A stretch of DNA of 64,000 bases from Planctomycetota bacterium (lineage in GTDB: Bacteria > Planctomycetota > UBA1135 > UBA2386), in assembly GCA_965228735.1 (NCBI GenBank), contig OZ245838.1, positions 3,488,001 through 3,552,000 of the forward strand, written 5' to 3'. The notes under the pieces are model-generated. The model made no database searches and was not told where the DNA came from. It saw only the letters and a list, made by a program, of their open reading frames with translations. Positions 8,964 through 19,873 of the stretch are shown here, in pieces. Position numbers and translations under genes: made by a program. Positions within the stretch are counted from its first letter, which is position 1. Every line of letters starts with the position of its first letter.

Positions 8964-10877
8964 ATGACCGGCCACCCGTCGCATCTCAAGACCGCCATCT
9001 CGAGCTTCGCCGCCGTCGTGACCACGGCGACCGTCGCGTCCACCCTGCCCGCGCAGGAGTGGCAGCGCCACGTCGAGAACCTCGGCGCGGAAGGCGAGGC
9101 CGGCACCACGGCCGAGCTCGCGCTGATCGAACTCGGCGCCTACGCGCTGCCTCCGCTGCAGGACGTTCTGCAGCGCCGCGACTTCGCCGACCAGCGTGAG
9201 TGCCGACGGCTGGTCGCTGCGCTGCGTGTGATCGACGTGCTCGGGCCGAAGGTCGCGGAGCTGCAGCCCGACCTCGGGGCGATTCTCGTCGATCGGCAGG
9301 GCAAGCTGCGGGCTCCCGACAAGTCGACGCTCGCGCCGGAGTTCCTGCGCGCGATCGGCAGCACGACCCCGTGGAACCGCGAGACCGAGTTCCACAACGT
9401 GTTCCACTTCGGCGTGACGGGCGGGACCGACGACGAGAAGGCGATCGTCATGCCGCTCCTGTATCGCTTCAACGACCGCCGCAGCGCCAAGGTCTCGGAC
9501 CTCGAGCAGGCGCGGGAGGAGCTCGCGCGCGACCGGGTCTACCGGCGCGAAGCGGCAGCCGAGGTCCTCGGTCGCGACGGCGGTCGCGAGGACGCCGAGC
9601 GGCTGCGCACCCGCCTGCTCGACCGGGAGAAGCAGCCCGATGGCTGGAACGAACTCCGCAACAACGGCTTCGTCGTACCGGTCACGGATCGATTCGCGCT
9701 CTACGCCGCGCGCGCGCTCGTGGCCCTCGCACCCGACGATGCGATCAGCGCGATCGGCTACGCGCTCGTCGCCCGCGACGATCCGTATCGCACGAACCGT
9801 GTGGCGGCGATCAAGCAGCTCGCGCGGTTCGGTCCCGACTGCAAGGACGCGGTGCCCGAACTCGTCGCGATCGCCGAGGGCACCGACGGCGCGCTCGCCT
9901 CGGAAGCGATCAAGATCCTGGGCATGTGCGGCAGAGCGGCGGGCGCTCACTTCGGTGCGATCGAGAAGCTCACGAGGGCGCCCGACGAGCAGGTAAGGAA
10001 ACGCGCCGGTGCTCTCACGCGAATGCTCGGCGCGATGGGATTCGAGGCCGCGGCCGAGCCGGCTGCCGACCCCGACGACGCCCCGCAGCGCAAGGCGGCG
10101 AACGCCGCCGTCGCAACCCTCGCCGACCGCAGCGTGGACGATGGCGACCCCGCGATCGGCGCGGCCGAAGCGGTGCTCGCGGAGCTGGGCAAGCCGGCGT
10201 TTCGGGCGCTGTGCCGGCGCTTCCAGGCCGACGGTCACGAGTGCCACGACCGCGTGCTCCGCTGGATCGGCCGTCTCGGCCGCGACCTGCCGCGGCCCGA
10301 ACGCGTCGATCTCACCTATTCGCTCGGCACCGCCGGCACGACCTGGTCAGGACCGAGCTTCTCGTCCATGTCCGGCGGCCAACCACCCAGCCGGGCGCGG
10401 AAGCTCGCGTATGCGCGGCTCGTGATCGGCCAACCGAGCTCGCTCGACGAGTTGGTCGATCACCTCGACCACGAGAACGCTGCCGTTCGACTCATCGCCG
10501 CGCTCGACCTGGCAGCGCGCGCGGCCGAGGTTGCAGAGAGCGAGTCCGCGCGGTCGGCGTTGTGGAGCGCCGTGACCGGCGACCACCCGAAGCGGAGTCC
10601 GTTCCAACGCGACAAGCATTCGACGAGCGAGCACCCGACCCGCTTCGACTCGGAGATCCGCCTCCACGCGGCGGCCGCACTGCTCGAGACGACGCAGCCG
10701 CGCGAACGACACGCGCGCCTGTTCACGGCGGTTCGCGACCATCCGGCCGCCGCCACGGTCGTCGCGGCGATCGCGGCCTGGGGCGCGGGCGCGGATGCCG
10801 CGACGCTGACCGAGCTGAGCCGGGACGAGCGCGCCGACGTCGCCGCGGCCGCGCGCGCCGCCCTCGCCCAACGCTGA
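8964..10877 (+). CDS. Secreted HEAT/armadillo-repeat hypothetical protein
   Basis: Signal-like N-terminus (..LPAQ), repeated HEAT-like motifs (AVPELVAIAE, DEQVRKRA, ENAAVRLIAA, DVAAAARAAL). Confidence 0.7.
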   Translation: MTGHPSHLKTAISSFAAVVTTATVASTLPAQEWQRHVENLGAEGEAGTTAELALIELGAYALPPLQDVLQRRDFADQRECRRLVAALRVIDVLGPKVAELQPDLGAILVDRQGKLRAPDKSTLAPEFLRAIGSTTPWNRETEFHNVFHFGVTGGTDDEKAIVMPLLYRFNDRRSAKVSDLEQAREELARDRVYRREAAAEVLGRDGGREDAERLRTRLLDREKQPDGWNELRNNGFVVPVTDRFALYAARALVALAPDDAISAIGYALVARDDPYRTNRVAAIKQLARFGPDCKDAVPELVAIAEGTDGALASEAIKILGMCGRAAGAHFGAIEKLTRAPDEQVRKRAGALTRMLGAMGFEAAAEPAADPDDAPQRKAANAAVATLADRSVDDGDPAIGAAEAVLAELGKPAFRALCRRFQADGHECHDRVLRWIGRLGRDLPRPERVDLTYSLGTAGTTWSGPSFSSMSGGQPPSRARKLAYARLVIGQPSSLDELVDHLDHENAAVRLIAALDLAARAAEVAESESARSALWSAVTGDHPKRSPFQRDKHSTSEHPTRFDSEIRLHAAAALLETTQPRERHARLFTAVRDHPAAATVVAAIAAWGAGADAATLTELSRDERADVAAAARAALAQR

Positions 10878-11034
10878 CCCGCCTCGCTGGCCCAACCGAC
10901 CGTCCCAGCGGGCGATCCGACGTTCGCAATCCGGCGGGGAAAAACGAATTCGCAATTATCGCCGACCGCCGCGCAACACCCGGGAACCCGCCGCGCTCTG
11001 GCCCCATCCGCCTCCTCGACCAACCGGACCATCC

Positions 11035-12810
11035 ATGCGTTCTGCCTTCCTGCTCTCGATCTCGCTGGTTCTCGCGGCCTGCAGCAGCGGCGCCGGCAAC
11101 GGCGCTTCCACCACCGCCGACACCGGCCAGCTCAGCGTCGTGCTGACCGAGACCCCCGCCGAGGATCTCGCCCGCTTCGAGGTCGACGTCGGCGGCATCA
11201 CGCTGACGAAGCGGAACGGCAACACCGTGACGGTGATGCCACGCCGCACGCGCATCGACTTCGTCGAACTCGACAACGTCGGTGAGCTCGTCGCGGGTCT
11301 CGCGCTCGAGGCCGGCGTCTATACCACCCTCACGATGGACCTCGACTTCGGCAGCGCCGAGGTGTTCATCGCCGGTTCCTCGACCAAGGCCACGATCCAG
11401 GACCAGAACGGTCGCCCGCTGACCGGCATCGAACCGGTCGAGCTCGAGTTCGCCGAAGGCGCGCGGCCGCTCGTCGGAGCGCGGCGCCACAACCTGTTCG
11501 TGCTCGACCTCGACCTCGCGCAGAGCGTCGCGGTCGACGGCTCCACGAACACGGTGACGTTCACGCCCGTGCTGTCGGCCGAGGTCGATCCGCAGAACCC
11601 GCGACCGGTCGTCGGCAAGGGCTGGCTCCAGAGCGTCGACCTCGACGATCTGACGTTCACGCTGCAGCGCCGCGCGCCCGATGGCTCGACGCTTGGCGAG
11701 TTCGTCGTGCAGACCGGCAGCGGCACGGTGTTCCAGCTCGACGGTCGGAACGGCGTCGGCGCGACCGCGTTCGGCGACCTCCGTGGTCACATCGGACAGT
11801 GCGTGTGGGTGCAGGGCACGATGTCACGCGATTCGCGCGCCCTCGTCGCCGTCGCCGTCGAATCGGGCCACGGCGTGCCGGGGAACGGCCAGGACTGGGT
11901 GCTCGGCCACGTCGTCGCCCGTTCGGGCGGGGCGGGCCAGGACGCGACCCTGACGGTGCTCGGCCGGTCGCGCGACGTGACGACCGGCACGCGGCACTTC
12001 AACACCGCCCACACGGTCGAGGTGTCGTTCACGAACACCAACGTGCTGCGCCGCGGTTTCGGCAACACGCTCGACACCGACGCGATCAACATCGGTCAGC
12101 GCGTCTGGATCTTCGGCGACGTCAGCGGCACGACGCTCACGGCCAGCGATCAGGACGGCGTCGCGCGACTGCTGCCCACCGCGATCTTCGGGGTCGCGAA
12201 CGATGCTCCGGCCAACGCCACGATCGCGGTCGACCTCGTGCGGTTCGGCCACCGCGACGTCACCGAGTTCGACTTCGAAGTGAGCGGCCAGAGCCAGGCC
12301 GACCCCGACGACTTCACGATCGACGTGACCGGCCTCGGGACGACCGGCATCGGAGCCGGCGCCAAACTGCGCGTGCTCGGCTGGATCGAAGGCGTCGGTT
12401 CGACCGGGCCGAACGCCACCGCCGCCGCCATCACCAACCGCACGACCACGGCGCGGGTGCTCTTCTGCCAGTGGCTCACGCCATCCACGGCCGCGATCGC
12501 GAGCAACCCGCCGAACGGCCGCATCGAGCTCGACGTCGATCAGGCCTTCATCCGCGCGGTCGCCGACGGCTTCGGCGTCGTCAACCTCGCGACCACCCCC
12601 GCGCCGTCGATCCAGCCGCTGCTGCCGATCGGCGGCTACCGGATCGTTCAAGACCGGGCGATCGAGCACAACGTCGACTTCGCGGTCTTCCGCGAGTCCC
12701 TGCTCGCGCGGACCGCGACGACGCCCGTGCTCCGGGTGACCGCGCTCGGCACGTTCGACGAGGGCAGCCAGGAGTTCACAGCACTCACGGTCACGGTCAT
12801 CCTCGACTGA
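11035..12810 (+). CDS. Lipoprotein, DUF4382-like N-terminal domain with repeated beta-rich modules
   Basis: Lipobox LAAC; GQLSVVLTETP..D...F.VDV..ITL; RIDF..L; LDLDLAQSV. Confidence 0.7.
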   Translation: MRSAFLLSISLVLAACSSGAGNGASTTADTGQLSVVLTETPAEDLARFEVDVGGITLTKRNGNTVTVMPRRTRIDFVELDNVGELVAGLALEAGVYTTLTMDLDFGSAEVFIAGSSTKATIQDQNGRPLTGIEPVELEFAEGARPLVGARRHNLFVLDLDLAQSVAVDGSTNTVTFTPVLSAEVDPQNPRPVVGKGWLQSVDLDDLTFTLQRRAPDGSTLGEFVVQTGSGTVFQLDGRNGVGATAFGDLRGHIGQCVWVQGTMSRDSRALVAVAVESGHGVPGNGQDWVLGHVVARSGGAGQDATLTVLGRSRDVTTGTRHFNTAHTVEVSFTNTNVLRRGFGNTLDTDAINIGQRVWIFGDVSGTTLTASDQDGVARLLPTAIFGVANDAPANATIAVDLVRFGHRDVTEFDFEVSGQSQADPDDFTIDVTGLGTTGIGAGAKLRVLGWIEGVGSTGPNATAAAITNRTTTARVLFCQWLTPSTAAIASNPPNGRIELDVDQAFIRAVADGFGVVNLATTPAPSIQPLLPIGGYRIVQDRAIEHNVDFAVFRESLLARTATTPVLRVTALGTFDEGSQEFTALTVTVILD

Positions 12811-12898
12811 TTCGCCCGCCCGCGGGGCCGGCCCGGCGGCTGGCCCCCGATCGCCTGGAAAGCGTGGCTCCGGGGGCTATTCTACTCGCCCCAAAATC

Positions 12899-14302
12899 AT
12901 GAGCTACGACGTCGTTGTCATCGGTGCCGGCCCCGCCGGCTACGTCTGCGCCATCCGCTGCGCCCAGCTCGGCCTCAAGGCCGCGGTCGTCGAGCGCGAG
13001 AACCTCGGCGGCGTCTGCCTCAACGTCGGCTGCATCCCGAGCAAGGCGCTGATCGCGGCGGCCAAGCTCGTGGACAAGATCAAGCACGCCGACCTCATGG
13101 GCATCCAGGCCAAGGTCGAGGGTCTCGACGTCGACAAGCTCGTCGCCTGGAAGGCCGGCATCGTCGACAAGCTCACGGGCGGCGTCGGCGGCCTGCTCAA
13201 GAACCACAAGATCGACACGTTCATGGGCGACGCGCAGGTCACGTCCAAGACGACGATCGAGGTGAAGGGCAAGAAGGGCACCGAGAAGCTCGAGGCCAAG
13301 AACATCGTGGTCGCGACCGGCAGCACGCCGATCGAGGTGCCGGGCTTCGACTTCGACGGCAAGAACGTGTGGTCGTCGACCGACGCGCTCGCGCCGAAGG
13401 AGCTGCCGAAGCGCATGGTCGTGATCGGCGGCGGCTACATCGGGCTCGAGCTCGGCCTCGTCTACCACAAGCTCGGCACCGAGGTGACCGTGCTCGAGTT
13501 CATGGACCGGGTGCTGCCCGGCATGGAAGCGGACCTCAGCAAGGAGATGGGCCGCTCGCTCAAGAAGAAGAAGGTCGACGTCCGGCTCAAGACGAAGGCG
13601 AAGGGCTACAAGAAGGGCAAGAAGGGCCTGACGGTCACCGCCGAGGTCAACGGCAAGGAGCAGACCTTCGAGACCGACGTCGTGCTGTCCTGCGTCGGCC
13701 GCCGCCCCAACGGCAAGGGGATCGGGCTCGAGGCGATCGGCGTGAAGGTCGACGACAAGGGCTTCATCGAGGTCGACCACCGCCGTCAGACCGCGGTCGA
13801 AGGCATCTACGCCATCGGCGACGTCGCGGGTCAGCCGATGCTCGCGCACAAGGGCTCGCACGAGGGCCTGATCGCCGCGTCGGCGATCGCCGGCGACAAG
13901 GGCGCCGCGTACGACCCGGCCTGCATCCCGGCCGTCATCTTCACCGATCCGGAGATCGCCTCGGTCGGGCTGTCCGCCGACGAGGCCAAGGAGGCGGGCT
14001 TCGAACCCGTCGAAGGCAAATTTCCGTTCGGCGCGAGCGGCCGCGCGATGTCACTCAACGAGACCGAGGGCTGGGTCAAGATCGTCGCGGACAAGAACAC
14101 CGACAAGGTGCTCGGCCTGCACATGATCGGCCCCGAGGTCACGGAGCTGATCGCCGAGGGTGCCCTCGCGATCGAGATGGGCGCCACGATCGGCGACCTG
14201 ACCAACACGATCCACGCGCACCCGACGCTGCCCGAGACGATCATGGAAGCGGCCGAAGCCGTGCACAGCATGGCCGTGCACATCTTCCAGAAGCCGAAGT
14301 AG
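12899..14302 (+). CDS. lpdA: Dihydrolipoyl dehydrogenase E3
   Basis: GAGPAGY, GGVCLNVGCIPSK redox disulfide, GGGYIGLE, HAHPTLPE. Confidence 0.97.
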   Translation: MSYDVVVIGAGPAGYVCAIRCAQLGLKAAVVERENLGGVCLNVGCIPSKALIAAAKLVDKIKHADLMGIQAKVEGLDVDKLVAWKAGIVDKLTGGVGGLLKNHKIDTFMGDAQVTSKTTIEVKGKKGTEKLEAKNIVVATGSTPIEVPGFDFDGKNVWSSTDALAPKELPKRMVVIGGGYIGLELGLVYHKLGTEVTVLEFMDRVLPGMEADLSKEMGRSLKKKKVDVRLKTKAKGYKKGKKGLTVTAEVNGKEQTFETDVVLSCVGRRPNGKGIGLEAIGVKVDDKGFIEVDHRRQTAVEGIYAIGDVAGQPMLAHKGSHEGLIAASAIAGDKGAAYDPACIPAVIFTDPEIASVGLSADEAKEAGFEPVEGKFPFGASGRAMSLNETEGWVKIVADKNTDKVLGLHMIGPEVTELIAEGALAIEMGATIGDLTNTIHAHPTLPETIMEAAEAVHSMAVHIFQKPK

Positions 14303-14356
14303 CAGCGGCGTCACAAGCGCGCTGGACGAGCGCCACCGGCACGCTACCTTCGCGCC

Positions 14357-16753
14357 GTGACTGCCACGATCCAGCGCATCGCGAACGAACTCTCGGTCCG
14401 ACCAGAACAGGTCGAGGCCACCGTGAAGCTCATCGACGACGGCGCGACCGTGCCGTTCATCGCCCGCTATCGCAAGGAGGCGACGGGCGGACTCGACGAC
14501 ACGCAGTTGCGCACGCTCGAAGAACGGCTCGGCTACCTGCGCGAGCTCGACGAGCGCCGCGCGACGATCCTCGCGAGCATCACCGAGCAGGGCAAGCTGA
14601 CGCCCGAGCTGCAGCGCGCGATCGAGGGCGCACTCACGAAGCAGGCGCTCGAGGACCTCTACCTGCCGTACCGGCAGAAGCGCCGCACGAAGGCCATGAT
14701 CGCGCGCGAGGCCGGCCTCGAGCCGCTCGCTCACGGGCTGTTGAACGACCCGATGCAGGATCCCCTCACGGTCGCCGCGGGCTACGTGGCTGCCGACAAG
14801 GACGTGCCCGACGTGGACGCCGCGCTCACGGGCGCGCGCCACATCCTGGCCGAGGAGTTCGCCGAGGACGCCGCGCTGATCGGCAACGTCCGGGCGTGGG
14901 TGCAGCAGAGCGGCCATGTCGTCACGAAGGTCAAGAAGGGCAAGGACGAGGACCCCGAAGCGCAGCGCTACCGCGACTACTTCGCCCACGACGAGCTGCT
15001 CGCGAACATGCCGGGCCACCGCGCGCTCGCGATCCTGCGCGCCACGAAAGAGGGCTACCTCGATACCCGTGTCGCGCAGCCGACCGAGGAGGCGGGCGAC
15101 GAACCGCCGGCGCCGATCACCGACGACCCGACCGGCCGCGGTCAGCTCCTCGTGATGGAACGCTTCGCCATCCGCGACGAGGGCCGGCCGGCCGATCGCT
15201 GGCTCAGCGACACGGCGCGCATCGCCTACCGCGCACGCGTCGCGACGCACGTCGAGTCCGACCTCATGGGTGAACTCCGGCAGCGCGCCGAAGCCGAGGC
15301 GATCACGGTCTTCGCGGCCAACCTGCGCGACCTGCTGCTCGCCGCACCGGCCGGCCCGAAGGCGATCCTCGGCCTCGACCCCGGGCTCCGAACGGGCTGC
15401 AAGGTCGCCGTCGTCGACCGCACGGGCAAGCTGCTCGACACCGCGACGATCTACCCGCACGCGCCGCGGAACGATTGGCAGGGTTCGCTCGCGATCCTGC
15501 GCGCGCTGTGCGAGAAGCACGGCGTCGCGCTGCTGTCGATCGGCAACGGCACCGCCTCGCGCGAGACCGACAAGCTCGCGGCCGAACTGCTCCGCGCGCA
15601 TCCCGAGCTCGGGCTGCAGAAGCTCGTCGTGAGCGAGGCCGGCGCGTCCGTTTACTCCGCGAGCGAACTCGCGGCCAAGGAGTTCCCCGACGTCGACGTG
15701 ACGCTGCGCGGCGCCGCGTCGATCGCGCGCCGCCTGCAGGATCCGCTCGCCGAGCTCGTGAAGATCGAGCCCAAGGCGATCGGGGTCGGCCAGTACCAGC
15801 ACGACGTCAACCAGACGCGGCTCGGGCGCAGCCTCGACGCCGTCGTCGAGGACTGCGTGAACCTCGTCGGGGTCGACCTCAACACCGCGAGCGCGGCGCT
15901 GCTCGGTCGCGTCGCGGGACTGTCGCCGACGCTCGCGGGCAACATCGTGCAGCATCGCGACGACAACGGCCCGTTCCTCACGCGCCGCCAGCTGCTGAAG
16001 GTGTCGCGCCTCGGGCCGAAGGCGTTCGAGCAGTGCGCCGGCTTCCTGCGCATCCCGGGCGGCAGTGACCCGCTCGATCGCAGCGCGGTCCACCCCGAGG
16101 CCTACCCCGTCGTCGAGCGCATCGTGCAGCAGGTCGGTCGCCCGATCGACGAGATCGTCGGCAACGCCGAACTGCTGCGGAGCCTGCGACCCGAGGACTT
16201 CGTCGACGAAACGTTCGGCGTGCCGACCGTCACCGACATCCTGCAGGAGCTCGAGAAGCCCGGGCGCGATCCGCGACCCGAGTTCAAGACGGCGACGTTC
16301 CAGGACGGTGTGCAGGAGCTCACGGATCTGCAGCCCGACATGGTGCTCGAGGGCGTCGTATCGAACGTCACCGCGTTCGGCGCGTTCGTCGACGTCGGCG
16401 TCCACCAGGACGGCCTCGTGCACATCAGTCAGCTCGCGGATCGGTTCGTCGAGGACCCGCGCGAGATCGTGAAGGCCGGGCAGGTCGTCAAGGTCAAGGT
16501 GCTGAGCGTCGACGTCGACCGCCGCCGCATCGCGCTCACGATGAAGCTGCACGAGCGCGCCCAGGGCACGGGCGATCGGGACGCCGGAGATCGGGTTGGG
16601 GGACGCCGCGGCGATTCGCGGCCTCGCGGTCCGCGGCCATCCGGGCGCAGCGGTTCGCGCCAGCCGAACGGTCCGCAGCAGCGCGAGGCCGGCGCCGCGC
16701 CCGCGAATCCGCTCGCCGCGCAGCTCGCGAAGCTCAATCTGCGAAAGAACTGA
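14357..16753 (+). CDS. tex: Tex-family RNA-binding transcriptional accessory protein (S1 domain)
   Basis: [46 protein letters not shown]-terminal S1 domain. Confidence 0.96.
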   Translation: MTATIQRIANELSVRPEQVEATVKLIDDGATVPFIARYRKEATGGLDDTQLRTLEERLGYLRELDERRATILASITEQGKLTPELQRAIEGALTKQALEDLYLPYRQKRRTKAMIAREAGLEPLAHGLLNDPMQDPLTVAAGYVAADKDVPDVDAALTGARHILAEEFAEDAALIGNVRAWVQQSGHVVTKVKKGKDEDPEAQRYRDYFAHDELLANMPGHRALAILRATKEGYLDTRVAQPTEEAGDEPPAPITDDPTGRGQLLVMERFAIRDEGRPADRWLSDTARIAYRARVATHVESDLMGELRQRAEAEAITVFAANLRDLLLAAPAGPKAILGLDPGLRTGCKVAVVDRTGKLLDTATIYPHAPRNDWQGSLAILRALCEKHGVALLSIGNGTASRETDKLAAELLRAHPELGLQKLVVSEAGASVYSASELAAKEFPDVDVTLRGAASIARRLQDPLAELVKIEPKAIGVGQYQHDVNQTRLGRSLDAVVEDCVNLVGVDLNTASAALLGRVAGLSPTLAGNIVQHRDDNGPFLTRRQLLKVSRLGPKAFEQCAGFLRIPGGSDPLDRSAVHPEAYPVVERIVQQVGRPIDEIVGNAELLRSLRPEDFVDETFGVPTVTDILQELEKPGRDPRPEFKTATFQDGVQELTDLQPDMVLEGVVSNVTAFGAFVDVGVHQDGLVHISQLADRFVEDPREIVKAGQVVKVKVLSVDVDRRRIALTMKLHERAQGTGDRDAGDRVGGRRGDSRPRGPRPSGRSGSRQPNGPQQREAGAAPANPLAAQLAKLNLRKN

Positions 16754-16815
16754 CGCCGCGGGCGCGAAACGTCGATGACACGGTGACCTGCGCCCCCGGC
16801 CAACGCGCCCCGGGG

Positions 16816-16846
16816 TTGACCCCGCCCGGGCACCGCGGGGTATGCT
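16816..16846 (+). promoter_or_regulatory. sigma70-like promoter TTGACC-N19-TATGCT for the small membrane protein/desaturase pair
   Basis: Near-consensus hexamers, long spacer, 15 nt upstream of ATG 16862. Confidence 0.4.
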
Positions 16847-16861
16847 GCTGCACGCGATCCC

Positions 16862-17062
16862 ATGACCCTGCGACGGAATCCAACCGACCCGGCCGCCCAA
16901 GGCGCCGAGCCGCAGAACCCCGAGCTCACGCTCCAGCGGTTCGCGCTGCGCTCGCTGCTGCCGATCATGGCGTGCCTGCTCCTCGCGCTGACGCCGCTCA
17001 TCGGCCCCTACGGCTTCGCCGCCGCGGTCGTCGGCTGGTGGTTCGTGCAACGCAAGTTCTGA
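16862..17062 (+). CDS. Small two-TM membrane protein
   Basis: 66 aa, hydrophobic hairpin, GC3-biased codons, upstream promoter-like motif. Confidence 0.65.
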   Translation: MTLRRNPTDPAAQGAEPQNPELTLQRFALRSLLPIMACLLLALTPLIGPYGFAAAVVGWWFVQRKF

Positions 17063-17088
17063 GACGCGAGTCCTGAGGCAACGGAGCG

Positions 17089-18003
17089 ATGGCCGAGAGC
17101 ACGGGTAAGAGGAGCGAATCGAGACTCCTCGGGCGCATGGAGGACTGGCACTGCGTCATCTTCCACTCGTTCGTGATGCTCGCCTACGCGCTCGCGTTCT
17201 GGCTCTGGCTCAACCCCGAGATCTCCGGCATCGACGATGTCTGGAGCAAGATCGTGTTCGTGCTGTTCGCAGCGCCGCTGCTCGGCTGGGTCAGCGGCAT
17301 CGACATCGGCCTCGGCTACCACAACCACACCCACCGCCCGATCTTCCGGGCGAAGTGGCTCAACACGTGGTACGAGCGCATCTGGTCGCCGTTCAACGGC
17401 TGGCCGGCGAAGTACTGGGCCTACTACCACGTGAACGTGCACCACGGTCGCCTCATGGCCGAGGGCGAGTGGCCGGACTGGACCGTGCGGCAGCGCAAGC
17501 CCGACGGTGAGTTCGAGAGCTGCCTGCGCTACCAGATGCGGCTCTGGCCGTGGCGCAGCCTCAAGCACATCCCGCGCGAGATCGCGGCCGGCAAGTTCGA
17601 CCGCAAGACCGCCTTCACCGAGCTGTTCTGGTTCGTCGTCGTCTACTCGATCCCGTTCCTCATCGACCCGATCATGGGCCTCGGCCTCTGGCTGCTGCCC
17701 CACTGGTGCGGCAACAGCATCACGATGGGCCGCGGGATGTACATCCAGCACGCGGGTTGCGAGCCGTGGGTGCACGACAAGAGCCACCCGCACTCGGTGA
17801 ACATCCCGATCTTCTTCTTCAACGCGACGATGTTCAACATCGGCTACCACGCCGAGCACCACGACTTCCCGGGCCGGCACTGGACCGACCTGCCGGCCCT
17901 GCACGAGAAGATCAAGTTCGCGCAGCAACGGCGGGCGGAGCGCGCGGCGGAAGCCGCGGAGCAGCCGGAGCAGAACGCGGATTCGGCGAACGCGCCGGCC
18001 TGA
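17089..18003 (+). CDS. Membrane fatty acid desaturase family protein
   Basis: Three His boxes HNHTH, HVNVHH, HAEHH; NIGYH motif; TM segments. Confidence 0.88.
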   Translation: MAESTGKRSESRLLGRMEDWHCVIFHSFVMLAYALAFWLWLNPEISGIDDVWSKIVFVLFAAPLLGWVSGIDIGLGYHNHTHRPIFRAKWLNTWYERIWSPFNGWPAKYWAYYHVNVHHGRLMAEGEWPDWTVRQRKPDGEFESCLRYQMRLWPWRSLKHIPREIAAGKFDRKTAFTELFWFVVVYSIPFLIDPIMGLGLWLLPHWCGNSITMGRGMYIQHAGCEPWVHDKSHPHSVNIPIFFFNATMFNIGYHAEHHDFPGRHWTDLPALHEKIKFAQQRRAERAAEAAEQPEQNADSANAPA

Positions 18004-18009
18004 CCTGAA

Positions 18010-18468
18010 CTAGCCGGATCCGCTGTCGCCGCGAGGCGCGCGATCGACGGCGAAGCCGACGCGCAGCGCCGCGATCAGCAGCAGCACCGCGCCGACCGGC
18101 ACGAGCAGCACGCCGACGCCAGGGTCACCGCTCTGCACGCCGATGCCACCGAGCAGGAAGCCGCCGGGCAGCGCGACCGTCGCGCCGGTCAGGCACGCCG
18201 CCGCGAGCCGCGGTGCGAACCGTCGGGCGCACGGCAACGTCACGGCGAACGCGACGTGCACCAACGCGAGGAACGTGCCGTGCGCGTGCGCGAGGCGCCA
18301 CATCAGCCGTCGGGTCTCGTTCCCGACCGCGAGGTACCAATCGACCTTGAAGCCGTGCATGCCCTCGAGCACCGCGCCGAGCGCGAGGAACAGCGCGAGC
18401 AGGATCCAACCGAGCCACAGATGACGTTGGCGATATGCCTGGATGTCGCTGTCGGAAGCCGCGGCCAT
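18010..18468 (-). CDS. Four-TM membrane protein with AHAHG motif (unknown function)
   Basis: Hydrophobic helices, LAHAHG; TACCTT 7 nt before ATG. Confidence 0.75.
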   Translation of the reverse strand: MAAASDSDIQAYRQRHLWLGWILLALFLALGAVLEGMHGFKVDWYLAVGNETRRLMWRLAHAHGTFLALVHVAFAVTLPCARRFAPRLAAACLTGATVALPGGFLLGGIGVQSGDPGVGVLLVPVGAVLLLIAALRVGFAVDRAPRGDSGSG

Positions 18469-18491
18469 GACGCGGAAGGTAGAGTCTCGGC

Positions 18492-19865
18492 ATGGTCATG
18501 CCCAGACTCGCACGGACCGTTCTTGCCGCCCTTGTCCTCGCCCTCGCCGGCTCCGCCACGCTCGCGGCGCAGGACGAAGGGTCGAAGACGAACGGCGGCC
18601 GCAAACTCGCGACGATCCCCGACGACCTCGAGTTGTCACAGACCTCGCGCGGGCCCGACGGCACCGCCTACACGACGTACACCCGATTCGTGTTCGGCCG
18701 TGACGGCGCGTTCGTGGCCTACTCGGGGTTCCGCGGCGGCAAGGGCGTCGCGATGGCCAGCGAGGAGGAGCTCGGCGAATTCGACTTCCTGCACCAGCCC
18801 GTGACCGATGCGGCGCACACGCACTTCGCGTTCCGCGCGGGCAGCCGCAAGAGCCCGACGAAGGAGCAATGGTGGGCGATCGTCGACGGCAAGAAGGGCA
18901 AGAGCTACGCGTGGATCAGCTCGGTCGCGGTCAACGGGGACGGCGAGGCGGCGTTCTGGGAACAGCCGGGCGCGAAGGTGCAGCAGAGCGACGGGGCCTA
19001 CAACCGCAGCTCCGTCGTGTTCCACGCCGGCAGGAAGACGAGCAAGAAGTTCGACGACGTGCCGATGTTCGACCCGGTCTGGAGCGCGGACGGCAAGACC
19101 GCGCTGACCGCCGCACAGAAGGGCCGGGAGTGGGTGCCGATCACCGTGACACGCCGCGGCGCCAAGGCCGACAAGCGCGGGCACCCGATGATCGACGACG
19201 CGGTGCTCGCCCCCGACGGCAAGCGCTTCGCTCTCGTCGTCACGGTCGGCGGCATGCCGCTGCCCCCCGGCGTGCCCGCCCCACCCGGCCAGGCCGCGGG
19301 CAAGCCGCAGGTCTTCGTCGACGGCAAGGCCTACGGCGACGACACGGACGGCGCGGGTGGCCCCGTGTTCGCACCGCGCGGCAAGCGCTTCGCCTATCGC
19401 TATCTCGACGACGCCAAGATGGGTCTCGCGTTCGACACGGGCAAGCAGACCAAGGCCGACTGGGACTACGTCGGCGAGGTCACGTTCGACGGCAAGGGCA
19501 AGCAGGTCGCGTTCACCGCGAACGTCGGCGGCAAGGTCAACCCGTACTTCCGCCTGCGCAACGTCGACAACCCGCTCGAGCTCGCCCCCGGCGGCACGTG
19601 GTCACTCCATACCTGGTCGGGCAAGGGCGACGCCGAGGCCATCGTCGAAGGCGTCGAAGCCGCGCGGTTCCCGACCTTCGGGCCGACGGGTGAGCTCGCG
19701 TTCGTGCAACGGGCCAAGGGGCGGTGGTACGTGACCGTCGCGGGCCGGCGCTCCGAGGGCTACGACGACATCGATCAGCCGTTCTGGGGCGACCAGGGCA
19801 AGTCGATCGCGTTCGGCGCGCGCCGCGATCGCGACCTGCTGTGGCAGGTGCTCGAACTGCAGTAG
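18492..19865 (+). CDS. Secreted WD40/TolB-like beta-propeller protein
   Basis: Signal peptide; repeated P.(W/F)S.DGK..A motifs. Confidence 0.75.
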   Translation: MVMPRLARTVLAALVLALAGSATLAAQDEGSKTNGGRKLATIPDDLELSQTSRGPDGTAYTTYTRFVFGRDGAFVAYSGFRGGKGVAMASEEELGEFDFLHQPVTDAAHTHFAFRAGSRKSPTKEQWWAIVDGKKGKSYAWISSVAVNGDGEAAFWEQPGAKVQQSDGAYNRSSVVFHAGRKTSKKFDDVPMFDPVWSADGKTALTAAQKGREWVPITVTRRGAKADKRGHPMIDDAVLAPDGKRFALVVTVGGMPLPPGVPAPPGQAAGKPQVFVDGKAYGDDTDGAGGPVFAPRGKRFAYRYLDDAKMGLAFDTGKQTKADWDYVGEVTFDGKGKQVAFTANVGGKVNPYFRLRNVDNPLELAPGGTWSLHTWSGKGDAEAIVEGVEAARFPTFGPTGELAFVQRAKGRWYVTVAGRRSEGYDDIDQPFWGDQGKSIAFGARRDRDLLWQVLELQ

Positions 19866-19873
19866 CGGCCGAG

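Noticed and set aside
14051..17050. 999-aa minus-strand ORF
   Set aside because: Antisense shadow of tex/lpdA; typical of high-GC DNA, with no motifs of its own.
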